DNA from: Chiloscyllium plagiosum
Lineage: Eukaryota
DNA: 64,000 nucleotides
NCBI RefSeq assembly: GCF_004010195.1
Contig: NC_057720.1
Span: forward strand, 7,367,117-7,431,116
Direction of reading: 5' to 3'
Made by a program: the position numbers and the translations under genes. Below the pieces are notes generated by a model. That model made no database searches. It had not been told where the DNA came from and saw only the letters and a program-made list of their open reading frames with translations. Of the stretch, positions 23,352-35,597 are shown piece by piece. The first letter of the stretch is position 1. The number at the start of each line of letters is the position of its first letter.

Positions 23352-23680
23352 AGGACAACATGGTCACTCAGTGGTTAGCACTGCTGCCTCCAGCCTCAGG
23401 CGACAGTCTGTGTGGAGTTTGCACATTCTCCCCATGTCTGCGTGGGTTTCCTCCAGGTGCTCCAGTTTCCTGCCACAGTCCAAAGGTGTGTCGGTTAGGT
23501 GAATTGGCCATGCTTAATTGCCCATGGTGTTCAGGGATGTGTACGTTAGGTGCATTAATCAGGGGAAATGTACAGTAACAGGGTAAGGGAATGGGTCTGT
23601 TTGGGATACTTTTCAGAGGGTTGGTGTGGACTTGTTGGGCCAAATGACCTGTTTCAACACTGTCGGGATTCTATGTTTCT
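23352..23680 (+). mobile_element. HE1 V-SINE
   Basis: Head, V domain and HER1-like tail. Confidence 0.9.
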
Positions 23681-24600
23681 ACAAGCCAATGGGCCTGATT
23701 AAAGATTGTTGGAACCACGGATGGGAGTTCAAGTTTAAGTTATAAGGAGAGGGTGGATAGATTGAGACTTTCTTTCCCTGGAGTGTAGGTTCAGTGATTG
23801 TAACAAAGTCAACCAAGTGGACCTCAGAGAATATGAGTTCCCTGATTGGGGCGGTAATCTGGACCAATCAGGGAGCCCTGGATGACAGGTATGAACAGAA
23901 GTGTCCCTTTGATGTGAAGGGCACAGCTTGTCACTGGCCACTCTGGTGTTCCTTTGTTTCCTGATGGTGGAACTTGAATAAAGATTTACACACTTGTTGT
24001 TGTTCACTGTGTCCTACACCTGCACACACACGATATGGGTGCTGGGCAAAAATAAGCACTACCACTGTTAGGTGGAAGTGTGGGGGCACAGGAGTGTTAG
24101 AGGTTCTGTTCACCATGAGAATTGGCTCTGACGGAGCTGGATCAGTGTCAAGGACTGTCAATGTATAATTAAAGGGTGACGGGATACCTGCCTCTGTGGA
24201 GTTATTTTAGTAGAAGCCTGAGGGGTGACCTTATAGAGGTCTGTTAAATTATGAGGGACATAGATAAAGTGAATAAACAATGGGAGGGGAGTCCAAAATT
24301 CTAGGTTCATGGTGAAAGTGGAAAGATTTAAAAAGGACCTGAGGGGCAACTTTTTTCACACATAGGGTGGTATGTGTGTGGAATGAGCTGTCAGAGAAAG
24401 TGCTGGAGGTGAGTACAATTACAACGTTTAATAGACATTTGGACAGGAGAATGAACAGGAATGATTTAGAGGGATATGGGCCAAACACCGGCAAATGGGA
24501 CTGGTTCACTTTCAGAAACCTGGTCGGCATGGATGAGTTGAGCCAAAGAGTCTGTTTCCATGCTGTATGACTGTATGAATCTGTGACTCAATGACTCTAA
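23680..24600 (+). mobile_element. HER1 LINE 3' end interrupted by LTR family S copy 3
   Basis: ttccctggagtgtagg | gtagaagcctgaggggtgacc junction; VWNELSEKVLE; tail. Confidence 0.85.
23790..24209 (+). mobile_element. Short solo LTR family S, copy 3, with a 182-bp insertion (23906-24087)
   Basis: 5-bp TSD gtagg/gtaga (23785-23789 / 24210-24214); colinear with copies 1 and 2. Confidence 0.8.
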
Positions 24601-25194
24601 GTACAGACACAACCTTCCAGTGAAGGTCATGGAGTGCCCAAGAGAAAACAGAACGGGGCCTGTTCAGTCACCCTAAGTTATAGTGCTATTTCGGTGCTTG
24701 TTTATGAAGCGTACACATTCGATGGGCTGAAGGGCCTTTTTCTGTGTTGTGGACCTCCATGACGAGAAGTAACCATGAGGACAATGCGTAATGGTATGAG
24801 AAGAAGCACTAAAGAATATTACATCGGAATACCTTGCAAATTAGACCGCCGGCAGAAGCTGCTTTACCTGTTGCAACTGCTCTGTTGCAGTGCCACAGTA
24901 TTAATCATTCTCATGGTTACTGGGCTGTTTCACTGATCACACTGAAATGCCAGCAGAGAGTTGAGACAGGTGAACAATCACCGCTGTTTACTGTGCAATA
25001 AATTACTTCACAAATCCCAACCATCACCCTAAAAACTACAATACTGCATCTAAAAACGCTGAAGAACCCAATCTCAAACCCATTCATGTGTTGCCACTAG
25101 AGATTCAGCACATCAAAATGGAGATTCCTGAGCTATTCAGCCTGTGTTCAAGTCAACTGCGGCTGAGTCATAGGTCAGTCAACACTATACAAGG

Positions 25195-25735
25195 CTCTAG
25201 TCAGAGCACACTGGAATAGTGTGAACAGTTGAGGGCCCCTTATCCAAGGAGAATATACTAGTGTTAGAGAGAGTCCAGGGAAGATTCACAGGTATGGAAT
25301 GACTGTCTAATGAAGAGAGGTTGATGAGAATGGACCTGTGCTCACTGGAGTTCAGAAGAATGAGAGGCAACCGTATCGAAACATACAAGATTCTGAGGGG
25401 AGCAGGAGAGTGGATGGGGAAAGGTTGTTTCCCCTTGTGGGAGAGTCTAGTACCAGAGAGCGTCATCCCAGAATAAGGGGTCACCCATTTAAGTCAGAAG
25501 TGAGGGTTTTCTTCTTTCAAAGGGGCAGCGTATCTGTGGAATTCTTTGCCTTAGAGGGATGTCTAGGCTGGGTCTTTTACTATACTGAAGGCTGGGATAG
25601 ATTTATAATCAGTAAAGCAATAAAGGCTTTGGGGAAAAGTGGAGTTGAGGATGATCAGATCAGCCATGATCTCATGGAATGGTGGAACAGCATCGACGGC
25701 CTGAATGGCCTACTTCCGCTCCTGCATCGCTTGAC
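25195..25735 (+). mobile_element. CR1-clade LINE 3' end (second tail type)
   Basis: ctagtcagagcacactggaata...; tail gatcagccatgatctcatggaatgg...ggcctgaatggcctacttccgctcc. Confidence 0.85.
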
Positions 25736-26889
25736 CTAATTCCACACCCTGAATAACATGGACGACTGACCAAGAGGCCACACAGAGCCCCACTCTGTAT
25801 CCTCTCTGTGTGCAACATGCTCAGAATTCCCAGCTTGACAAGAGCCATTGAAAATTCCTGGGAAACCTAGTTAAGAGCATCATGCCTCCACCAACTCTGA
25901 GGACCTGGCTCTCAAACACAGACAGGTGAAAGCACAGAAGAAAGCAGTGGACCCCATTCCCCCCCCCCCCCTCCCCCTCTGCCACCAATAAGCCACAAAT
26001 TGCGACGTTGACTGAAACCACTCAAGACTTGAAGCTGAGTTCCTTCGGAGGTTTCATTATTCCGAGCGAAACACAAACAGTGGGCGAACAACAGCTCCCC
26101 CACACATACCCACAGCATTGATTAAAGGGCAAAAGGGAGCAAAGGGGAAAGAGAGAGAGAGAGAGAAGGAAAACAAAGTTCCACCACATAAAGCCTATCA
26201 CAGCTGGGCCACTCCTCTAATGTGGTTTTGTGGTCTTCCTGGTATCTTACACTCAAGAGAAATAGGTTAGACTCTCTGGCTGTGTTCAATCCAATTTAAA
26301 TAAGGCGTCCCCAAGGGTATCAGCCCATTAAGGGTCTAGACCTTCAGTTTCTCAATAATAATCCATTTAAACAAGACGAAGCACTGTGGAGGGAAAGCAG
26401 GGCTGGATGAGTTAGCACTGAGGCCAGACATTCCTCGCCAATGGAAGCATTGTCAGCGTGACATGCAAGTGACCCCAGAAGCCCCACTGTATACTCAGAG
26501 TGTGCAAGACCCATTGTGAAAGCTGTTTAATGCAGTGCGCGACTGACAGAATATAATCCCTTATTATGCAGCAGCCATTCGCGTCCTTCCCCCTATCCAT
26601 TCTGACAGCAAGGACTCTTTGTCAGGAATATGACAGCGAGCGACCCGATCGCCTCCTCCACACTTGCAGAGGGGGCTGTCAGGAGTACGTGCTCAGTGGT
26701 CTGATTTTCCTGGATGCTCACCCTCTCTCCATGCAGGCTTTTACTTCTGCTCCCTGGAGAGCAACATCTTGAAAGCACTAGAGTTCATGTGCTGTAGCTA
26801 TGTTTACATGATGACAAAGCAGTGTTCCAAAAGCTTGTATTTTCAAATAAATTTAACGGACTATAACCTGATGTCTATGATTTTTAATG

Positions 26890-27225
26890 CTATTGTTTCA
26901 TGCAATGTGGGGAGGTCACTGACTAGACCAGTCTTTATCCCTAACTGCCTCACAGGCAACCACATTGCCTTTGGTGTGGAACATACCAGGTAAGGACAGC
27001 AGATTTCCTTCCCTAAACGATGTCTGAACTGGAAAGAATTCCTACCCCTCCTACTGCCCCCTGCCACATTTACAACAATGACATGGCCACCAATGGCTAA
27101 CTTTTTACTGAACTCAAATGTAACCCTCTGCCACCAGAGTGGGATTCAAATTCACAACCCAGAGTTTTAAATTGAGATGCTGGATTACGTGTCCTGTGAC
27201 ATTACCACTCAGCCAGTGTCTCCCC
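26890..27225 (-). mobile_element. SINE family B (diverged)
   Basis: ccacattgc, accaggtaaggacagcagatttccttcccta, gggattcaaa. Confidence 0.7.
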
Positions 27226-27289
27226 ATATCGAGCACTGAGGTTCACATTGCATCACTCTTTGGGTGCAGATCAGCTGCTGTCCTCTTCG

Positions 27290-27617
27290 AGAATTCCTAC
27301 AGTTAAGAGCATCAGGCCATTCAGTCTATCAAGTCCACAATGACCCTCCGAAAAACATCCCACCCCATCCCTGTGACCCTCCATTCCCTGTGGCTAACCG
27401 ACTTAGCCTGGACACCATGGACAATTGAGCATGGCCAATCCACCCTGGCCTGTACGTTTTTGAACTGCGGGAGGAACTGGACCACACAGAGGAAACCCAT
27501 GCAGACACGGGGAGAATGTACAAACTCCACACACACAGTCGCTTAAGGCTGGGACTGAACCTTGGTTGCTGGTGCTGTGAGGCAGCAGAGCTAACCACCG
27601 AGCCATTGTGCCACCCT
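27290..27617 (-). mobile_element. HE1 V-SINE
   Basis: Reverse complement of head (gctgtgaggcagcagagctaaccac) and V domain. Confidence 0.9.
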
Positions 27618-28324
27618 GGGTAACTCACCAATGAAGTTACAAAAAAAAATTAATAGGCTCAGACTGTGGCAAATAGATTTAAATGCAGTGAAACATCAGG
27701 CCATCTCCTTTAAACCTCAAACAAATAGGGTATTTTCTCCAATGGTTAAAATCTAGAAACAGTGGCAATCCAAGGAGGGTTAGGGTCCAATTATCTTAAC
27801 TATTAAAATGTCCTGGACAGGTACAGAACAATAACCAAATGAGCTGCTCATCTTCGACCCAGAGGACTGAAGTACAAGGAGGCAGAAGTCATGCTTCAAA
27901 TGTATGAAGCCTTACTTTGACTGTTCCTGAAGTACTGTGAGGAATTCTGCACAGCACATCAGGACTGCTCCTTGCAAGGGCTGCTGAGTTCTTAGCTTCC
28001 TTTATGTTCTCGGATTAAAGGGAATGAATAGAATACGGAGAAAGAATTTCCACAGGTTGGCCAGGTGACAACTAAGAGACATGGGGATGTGTGGTTTGGG
28101 TACACGCATAATGGTCTAGGAGGGCGTTCCTGGATATTGGCCAGTAACAGTGAAGTTGCAACGATATAGTTTCAAGCCAGAATGGTCTGTGGCTCGAGGG
28201 GAGCTTGCAGATGATGGTGTTCATTTGCATCTACTACCTTTGTCCTTCTCGGTGGTGGAGGCCATGCATTGGGAAGGTGCTGTTTAAGGAGGTGTAGTGG
28301 TTACTGCTCCAGAACCAAGCTCTT

Positions 28325-29030
28325 CAGGGTAATGCTGTCGAACAGAGAGACCGAGAGTTTCAGGGGCACAGATCTTTAAATGTTAAGTCATGGAGTGGTG
28401 AAGAAGGCACACTTACCTTCATTGCTCAGACCATTGAGCGGAGGAATTGGGATGTCACATTGAGGTTGTATAAGACGTTGGTGAGGCCACATTTGGAGTA
28501 CTGTGCACAGTTCTAGTCACCATGCTACAGGAAGGATATTATTAAATTGGAGATGGCGCAGAAAAGATTTACCAGGGTGTTGCCGGGACTGGAGGGTTTG
28601 AGTTTTAAGGAGAGGCTGGACCTTTTTTTCACTGGAGCATAGGAGGTTGAGGGGTGACCTTGTAGTGGTTTATAAATCCATGAGGGGCATGGATAGGGTG
28701 AATAGCAACAGCATTTTCCTGAGGGAGGAGGAGTTCCAAACTAGAGGGCATATTTTTAAGGTGAGAGGAGAAAGAGTTAAAAGTGACCTGGGGGGCAAAT
28801 TTCTCACACAGAGGGCAGTGCCTTTAATGGAATGAGCTGCCAGAGGAAGTGGTGGATGCAGGGCCAATTACAACATTTAAAAGATATTTGGATAGGTACA
28901 TGATTAGGAAAGGTGCAGAGTAATATGGGCCAAACACAGGCATGTGGGTCTAATTTAGTTTGGAAAACTTCATTAGCATGGATGGGTTGGACCGAAGGGT
29001 GTGTTTTCATGCTGTGTGACCCTATGACTC
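28325..29030 (+). mobile_element. HER1-related CR1 LINE 3' end
   Basis: ttggtgaggccacatttggagtactgtgcacagttc; ggaatgagctgccagaggaagtggtgg; tail. Confidence 0.9.
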
Positions 29031-29727
29031 CAGACAAAAACTATGCTGGCACTCAAAAAGGGGAGAAGAAGTTTGGAATTCACTCCTACAAATGGCAGTG
29101 ATAATGGCCTGGGCTATCAAAAATCCAATAGGTATGGGACAGAGGAAAGCATTTCAAGTCACAAATCAATCACAAACTCAAGGCTGAATGGGCGAATTGG
29201 TTCCAAGAGCTAAATAGTCTATCTCTGCTTCGATGTTGCTCACTGGGCTAATTTGCCCTCAGTCTTCGGCAGTGCTGCGTCAAAGCCCAGTACAGGCTAG
29301 AGGAAATTTTGGAAGTTTACAGCTTTCAGGATATATCATCGACAAGCAGCTAGACTACAAACTGTGGGCTCGAGTGGCTCCTTTGCATGTATTTGCTTTG
29401 AGCAGAGTCGAAAGCACCTCCCATTAACAACTAGTTTGCATCAGGATCTCTGCTCACAGCATCACTCGCTTTGCGTTTTGCTCTGGGCACGCTCAGTATT
29501 TGTTCCATTTGCTCCTCCTTGTCCTCTATTTACTCCAGCATAAAGCCCACCATGTAACAGGTTCCCATGGTAGTGTCCCTTTCTCTGAGCCAGGAGCTCC
29601 AGGTTTAAATTCCACCTGCTTATCCCTGAACAGCACAACGAGAAATTATCTAAAAACCCAAAATCTCAGGCCTGCTTCAGTTCTAACAAAGAGTTGTGTC
29701 AGACTTGGAAAATTAATTGAGATTAGT

Positions 29728-30051
29728 GGGCGGCACGGTGGCACAGCGGTTAGCACTGCTGCCTCACAGCGCCAGAGACCCGGGTTCAATTCCTGCCTCA
29801 GGCGACTGACTGTGTGGAGTTTGCACATTCTCCCCGTGTCTGCGTGGGTTTCCTCCGGGTGCTCCGGTTTCCTCCCACAGTCCAAAAGATGTGCAGGTTA
29901 GGCGAATTGGCCATGCTAAATTGCCCGTAGTGTTAGGTAAGGGATAAATGTAGGGGTATGGGTGGGTTACGCTTCGGCGGGTCGGTGTGGACTTGTTGGG
30001 CCAAAGGGCCTGTTTCCACACTGTAAGTAATCTAATCTAATCTAATCTAAT
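29728..30051 (+). mobile_element. HE1 V-SINE, full-length and apparently young
   Basis: gggcggcacggtggcacagcggttagc (A box), gggttcaattcc (B box), CpGs retained, (TAATC)n tail. Confidence 0.95.
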
Positions 30052-30055
30052 TAGC

Positions 30056-30352
30056 TTCCCTACAGTGTGGAAACAGCCTTTCGGCCCAACCAGTCCGCAC
30101 CGACCCTCCGAAGAGTAACCCACCCCCCCCCGACTAATGCACCTAACAACTATGGACAATTTAACATGGCCAATTCACCTGACCTGCACATCTTTGGATT
30201 GTGGGAGGGAATCAGAGCACCCGGAGGAAACGCACACAGACATGGGGAGAATGTGCAAATTCCACGCAGACAGTCGCCTGAGGCTGGAATTGAACCTGGG
30301 ACCCTGGTGCTGTGAGGCAGCAGTGCTAACCACTGAGCCACCATGCCGCCCC
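30056..30352 (-). mobile_element. HE1 V-SINE
   Basis: Reverse copy, tail-to-tail with 29728-30051. Confidence 0.92.
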
Positions 30353-30359
30353 TTGTGGA

Positions 30360-30708
30360 ATCACAGAATCCCTACAGTGTGGAAACAGGCCATTCGGCCC
30401 AAAAGTCCACACCAACCCTCCGAAGAGTAACCCATTCAGACCCATTCCCCTACCCTGTTACTCTATCTTTACCCTTGATTAATGCACCTAACCGACACAG
30501 CCCTGAACAATCTGGGCAATTTAGTATGGCCAATCCACCTAACCTGCACATTTTTGGACTGTGGGAGGAAACCGGAGCACCCAGAGGAAACCCACGCAGA
30601 TACAAGGAGAATGTGCAAACGCCACACAGACAGTCTCCTGATCCTGGAATCAAACCCGAGTCCCTGGCACTGGCAGCAGTGCTAACAACTGAGCCACCGT
30701 GCCGCCCC
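30360..30708 (-). mobile_element. HE1 V-SINE
   Basis: Reverse copy, tandem to the previous one. Confidence 0.92.
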
Positions 30709-30802
30709 ATGTTTCTCTCTCCACAGACATTGCCTGACCTGTTGGCTTTCTCCAGCACTTTCTATTTGATTTGAGATCTTCACAATACCTTGTTCGTGTT
30801 CA

Positions 30803-30980
30803 GGCGAAAGTGAGGACTGCAGATGCTGGAGATTAGAGTCCAGAGAGTAGTGCTAGAAAAGCACAATAGGTCAGGCAGCATCCAAGATGAGCATTCCTGA
30901 TGAAGGGCTTTTGCCCGAAACGTTGATTTTCCTGCTCCTTGGATGCTGCCTAATCTATTGTACTTTTCCAGCACCAGTCT
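30803..30980. mobile_element. PLE-derived family P1 inverted pair
   Basis: P1 termini in both orientations; flanks ttgttcgtgttcagg / ttgttcatatttaga resemble a decayed TSD. Confidence 0.85.
30893..30928 (+). ncRNA. Minimal hammerhead ribozyme motif (P1)
   Basis: AUUC-CUGAUGA-A-GGGC(UUUU)GCCC-GAA-ACGU-U-GAUU; intact core, GUU cleavage triplet. Confidence 0.75.
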
Positions 30981-31096
30981 CTTGTTCATATTTAGACAAT
31001 TCTCAAAGCAACAGTACACACAGAGCCATAAATACTCAGAATTAGGAGCAAGAGTCATTCAAACCTGTTCCACAACCAAATAAGACAATGCCAAAC

Positions 31097-31822
31097 AATG
31101 AGACCTTGGAGTGCAGGTTCACAGTTCCTTAAAAGTGGAGATGCGGGTAGACAGGGTAATGAAGAAGGCATTTTGTATGCTTGCCTTAATTGGTCAGTGC
31201 ACTGAGTACAGGAGTTGGGAGGTCATGTTGTGACTGTACGAGACATTAGTTAGGCCACTTTTGGAATCTTATGTGCAATTCTGGTCTCCCTGCTATAGGA
31301 AGGTTGTTGTGAAACATGAAAGGGTTCAGAAGAGATTTACAAGGATGCTGCTGGGGTTGGTGGGTTTGAGCAGTAGGGAGAAGCTGAATAGGCTTGGGGC
31401 TACTTTCCCTGGAGTATCGAAGGCTGAGGGGTGATCTTATAAAAGTTGTAAAGTCATGAAGGGCATGGATAGGGTAAACAGACAAGGTCTTTTTCTGAGG
31501 GTAGGTGAATCCAAAACCAGAGGGCATAGTTTTAAGGTGAGAGGAGAAAGATTTAAAAGGGACCTGAGGGGCAACATTTTCACGCAGTGGGTGGTGTGTG
31601 TATGGAATGAGCTGCCAGAGGAACAATTATAACATTGAAAAGTCATCTGAATATGAAAATGAGTAGGGTATATGAATAAGAAGGGTTTAGAGGGATATGG
31701 GCCAAGTGCTGGCAAATGCTGGCAAATGGGACTGGATTAGTTTAGGATATCTGGTCAGCATGGACGAGTTGGATCAAAGGATTCAATTCCATGCTGTACA
31801 TCGCTATGACTATGACTCTATG
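31097..31822 (+). mobile_element. HER1 CR1-clade LINE 3' end
   Basis: Colinear with 10973-11789. Confidence 0.93.
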
Positions 31823-32324
31823 GTTCAACTTGGACTTAAAATCTACCTTTTCGCTCTATCGCTACATTCACTCAATACCCAAAACTCAGTATTTTGAAAA
31901 AAAATTGCCTATGTTGATGTCAGCGCTGGTAAACAATAACAATGAAAAATATTGAGACGCTGTGTCACATGAAATAATTGCAAACAATTGCATATCTTTA
32001 TGATCATTAATTAAAAGTTCAAATTACTCCCAAGTAAAATATCCTTGAAGTAAGTCTGCATTTCAGTTAGAGACAATAGGCCTTTGTCATGGACCTCTGT
32101 CTGTGTTTGGCAACGCACAAACACACAGATGTAAAATTCAATTTGAACACAACATCCCACGACTTACAAACAACAATCTCACAGTAAAAATTAAAAGGTG
32201 CCTCAAGAAGACAGCAACAGAAACAATCGGCAAAACTCCCTTTCCTGAAAACTGTTTGCACTTTTGAAAGGCAAACACAGTCAATAGCAACAACTTTGTG
32301 GCTCACTGAGTGGATTACATCTGT

Positions 32325-32632
32325 GGTTCAGTTGGCAGCCCTCTAACCCAGACAATTTCAGATTCAAGTCTGATTCCAGAATTTGACCCTCAAATTCTGC
32401 GCCTATGAAGAAGTATGCTCCCCTCCAAGGGACATAATGTCAATCCTATGGCACTACTTCGAGTTTGGTTATGGTGTCCTGAACAATAATCCGTCAATTA
32501 ATGTCACACTAACAGATTATGTGGTCATCATTATACTGCTGTTTACACAAACTGACTGCTGCATTTTCTACACAGCCGTCGCAACAAGAGTTTAGAAGTT
32601 GCTAACTGGCTGTAAACTATTTTGGGAAAGCA
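32325..32632 (+). mobile_element. DeuSINE (SacSINE1-like), old
   Basis: atcctatggcacta, aacagattatgtggtcatcat, ctggctgtaaac..tttggg. Confidence 0.6.
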
Positions 32633-32795
32633 ATGTCAATAAACAGGAGCAGGATGAGGTTATTCATCCCCTCGAGTCTGTTCCACTAGGATCATGGCTG
32701 ATAAACCAACCCAGTCCCCTGCTCCTGCTTTCTTCCCAAACCTTTGATCCCTTTAGCACTAAGCACTATTTAACTCTTTCTTGAAAGCATTCAAT

Positions 32796-33422
32796 CGTCA
32801 CAAAGCTCGTCCCTTTTTTTGCTAAAAGCTGTTCCTTGGCTCAAGGAGACCCAGTCCTTGAGGGGTAGTAAATCAGGCCGGGCTCCAATCAGACTGGTTT
32901 GGTAACGAGAGACGAAAGGGATTTTGTTTATATGTGAACAGATGACACTTCAGGCCAAGGTGGACATGTTTTACAAGTGACCTGTATAATAAAAGCGAAG
33001 TGGTTAGCTCTCTAACTGAGCAGTTTACTTCAGTACAGAACTGGTTGGAAGTTCAACAGTGAGCTGTGTGAAAACTCTCTCTCTCTCTCTCTCCTTCGGC
33101 TCCGCTAACTTCAACCTGTAAGCATCTGTTCCATCATACTGTTTTTCAAGAGGGTTTGCTTATTGGAACTGTTGTGTATATTCGGAACAGCATAATTAAG
33201 TCTAGTTTGGTTAGACTGAGTTCTGTAGGGGTTCTTTATTCTGTTCTTTGTGTTTCACTGTGTAATTTTGTGAATAAATATTTTCTGTTTTAAACCTGGT
33301 AGTCAACCTTGCTAACTTAATCCAGGTAATTTTCACTGTACAGTTACCAAAACAAATTGCAAAGTTATGGCCTGGGCTGCCTGCTTAAGAATGTTTTGAG
33401 TGGTCTGGCCTAGTCTCGAACA
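32796..33422 (+). mobile_element. Solo LTR (627 bp), Gypsy/ERV-like, inserted in a minus-strand CR1 tail (32640-33560)
   Basis: Exact 4-bp TSD caat (32792-32795 / 33423-33426); termini cgtca (TG>CG) ... aaca; internal TATAAT and AATAAA; host reads cattcaat|gaactggcctc on excision. Confidence 0.85.
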
Positions 33423-34659
33423 CAATGAACTGGCCTCAGCTGCATTCTGTGGTAGCTAATTCCACAGGCCCAGCACTCTCTGGGGGTAGACATTTCTCCT
33501 CATCTCAGTCCTCAAGTACTGATATCCTCAAACTGTAACTCCCAGTTCTGGTTTGTCCTGTTGTGGTGAAAGGTGTAGGATAAACTCAAGTCTGTCTTTC
33601 TTATTAGATAAGATTAGGGCAGCAAGAAAAGAAATCTGGAAGTTATGTGACTCTCCGCAAACAGTAAGCTCAAGTGGCAACCAGGAAAGGGGAGGATCCC
33701 TGAATTCAAGCTGGGGTAAGAGGAAGTTCTTCTCTCTCTTACTAGGATTATAATTCCTGACATCTGGAGCCACCAGACCTACTGACAAAATTAAGAGGAG
33801 CTTGTCAGCTTTGCCAAACCAGCGGGAAAGATCCGGCGGCAAAACAGGACATCCTTAAATCGCAGCAGAACATAGGAAGCTAACTTGAGTGGAAGTCGCT
33901 GGTTGTCACCAGGGTAACGGTTGTATCTCATCATGCTGCCAAAGACAGGAAAGAGAATCTTAAAACATGAGTTGAGGGATGATAGGTGAAAGGTCATAGG
34001 TGAAGGTTCTTCAACACTTGAAGGCTGGAATGTGTAGGGCTACAGATCAGGTGATGCCAAGTGGGGTTACAATGGGCAGCTAGTATATTCAATCGGTGCA
34101 AATGTGATAGGACAAATGGCCTCTTTCTGTGCTGTAACTTTTCCATGGTTCTAAGAGATGTGGTGCAATTCGATACGGACAGCAAATCAACCCCAAACAG
34201 TGTGAACTCACTGACAAACAACACTGCCTCCTCAAAAAATTCATTGTAGTGAACAACAAGACTTAGATCTTACCTTTTGTAAATGGTAACCACCCACCAA
34301 GGACAATAAAGCACCACAGGACCCAAAGTTTCCAGACAGACGGTGACATCTTCTTTAGTGTGTTGTTTTTTTGGCAGACACTGTTTAACACATCTGGTCA
34401 CTGAAGTTTTGTACAGCAGATGCTAATGGTTTGCTTCATTACTCTTCAAGCCTGAAATATAAAGAAAAAATGCAATTGTTACGTCTGTGGTATCAATCAA
34501 CATATATTGTCAAATTTAAACCAGAGCAGGAGGCATCAATTGTTGGATTAAAGACTCTAAAATGAATGATGGTTTATCAGAGTAATGTACTGACCTCAAT
34601 CCGACAGTCTGTGTGATTGAAAGCAGCCAACTTGAACAGAGGGTCACTCACAGAACAAA

Positions 34660-34877
34660 TGATGTGGAGGACCCACTGTTGGACTGGGGTGGACAATTTT
34701 AAAAATCACACAACACCAGGTTATAGTCCAACAGGTTTATTCGGAAGCTTTTGGAGTGCTGCTCTTTCATCAGGTGGTTGGTTAACAACCTGATGAAGGA
34801 GCAATGCTCCAAAAGCTAATGCTTCCAAATAATCCTGTTGGACTATAACCTGGTGTTGTGTGATTTTTAGATTTGTC
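34660..34877. mobile_element. PLE-derived family P2 inverted pair
   Basis: 11-bp TSD cacagaacaaa (34649-34659 / 34878-34888); opposed ttcatcagg / cctgatgaaggagc. Confidence 0.9.
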
Positions 34878-35094
34878 CACAGAACAAAGGCACAGGAGGA
34901 GACCACTTAGCTCTTTGACCCTGCTACACCATTCAATATAACTCTGATTGATCCCACTTTAATCTCTGCTGAATGCTTGGCTGTTCAAAGCAGGCTACGC
35001 AGTTGGAAATGTCACTGTCCTGGTGCTCGACAGGGAAGGGACCTGATATCATCTCATTATCTGCCAGCAAAAGGTGTTGGAAATGGATAAATCA

Positions 35095-35597
35095 GTCATA
35101 GAGATGTACAACACGGAGACAGACCGTTTCACCTAACTCATCCATACCAACCAGATATCCTAAATTAATCTAGTCCCATTTGCCAGCACTTGGCCCATAT
35201 CCCTTTAAACCCTTCCTATTCATACACCCATCCAGATGACTTTCAAATGTTGTAATTGTACCAGCCTCCACCACTTCCTCTGGCAGCTCATTCCATACAC
35301 GCACCACCCTCTGTGTGAAATAGTTGTCCCTTAGGTCTCTTTTACATCTTTCCCCTTTCACCATAAGTCTATGCCCTCTAGTTTTAGACTCCCCTACCCT
35401 GGGAAGACGAGATTGGTTGTTCACTCTATCCACGTCCATCATGATTTTCTCAACCTCTACAAGGTCACCCCCTCAGCCTCAAACACTCCAGGGAAAACAG
35501 CCCCAGTCTATTCAACTGCTCCCTTTAACTCAAACCCTCCAATCCTGGCAACATCCTTGTAAATCTTTTCTGCACCCTTTCACAACATCCTTCCTGT
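35095..35597 (-). mobile_element. HER1 LINE 3' end
   Basis: Reverse ORF ...FTQRVVRVWNELPEEVVEAGTITTF. Confidence 0.93.

Noticed and set aside
29728..29800. tRNA gene
   Set aside because: The A/B boxes belong to the tRNA-derived head of HE1; it runs into the V domain with no proper acceptor stem or terminator.
33901..33918. RFX X-box-like motif (GTCACCAGGGTAAC)
   Set aside because: Single isolated match with no supporting promoter context.
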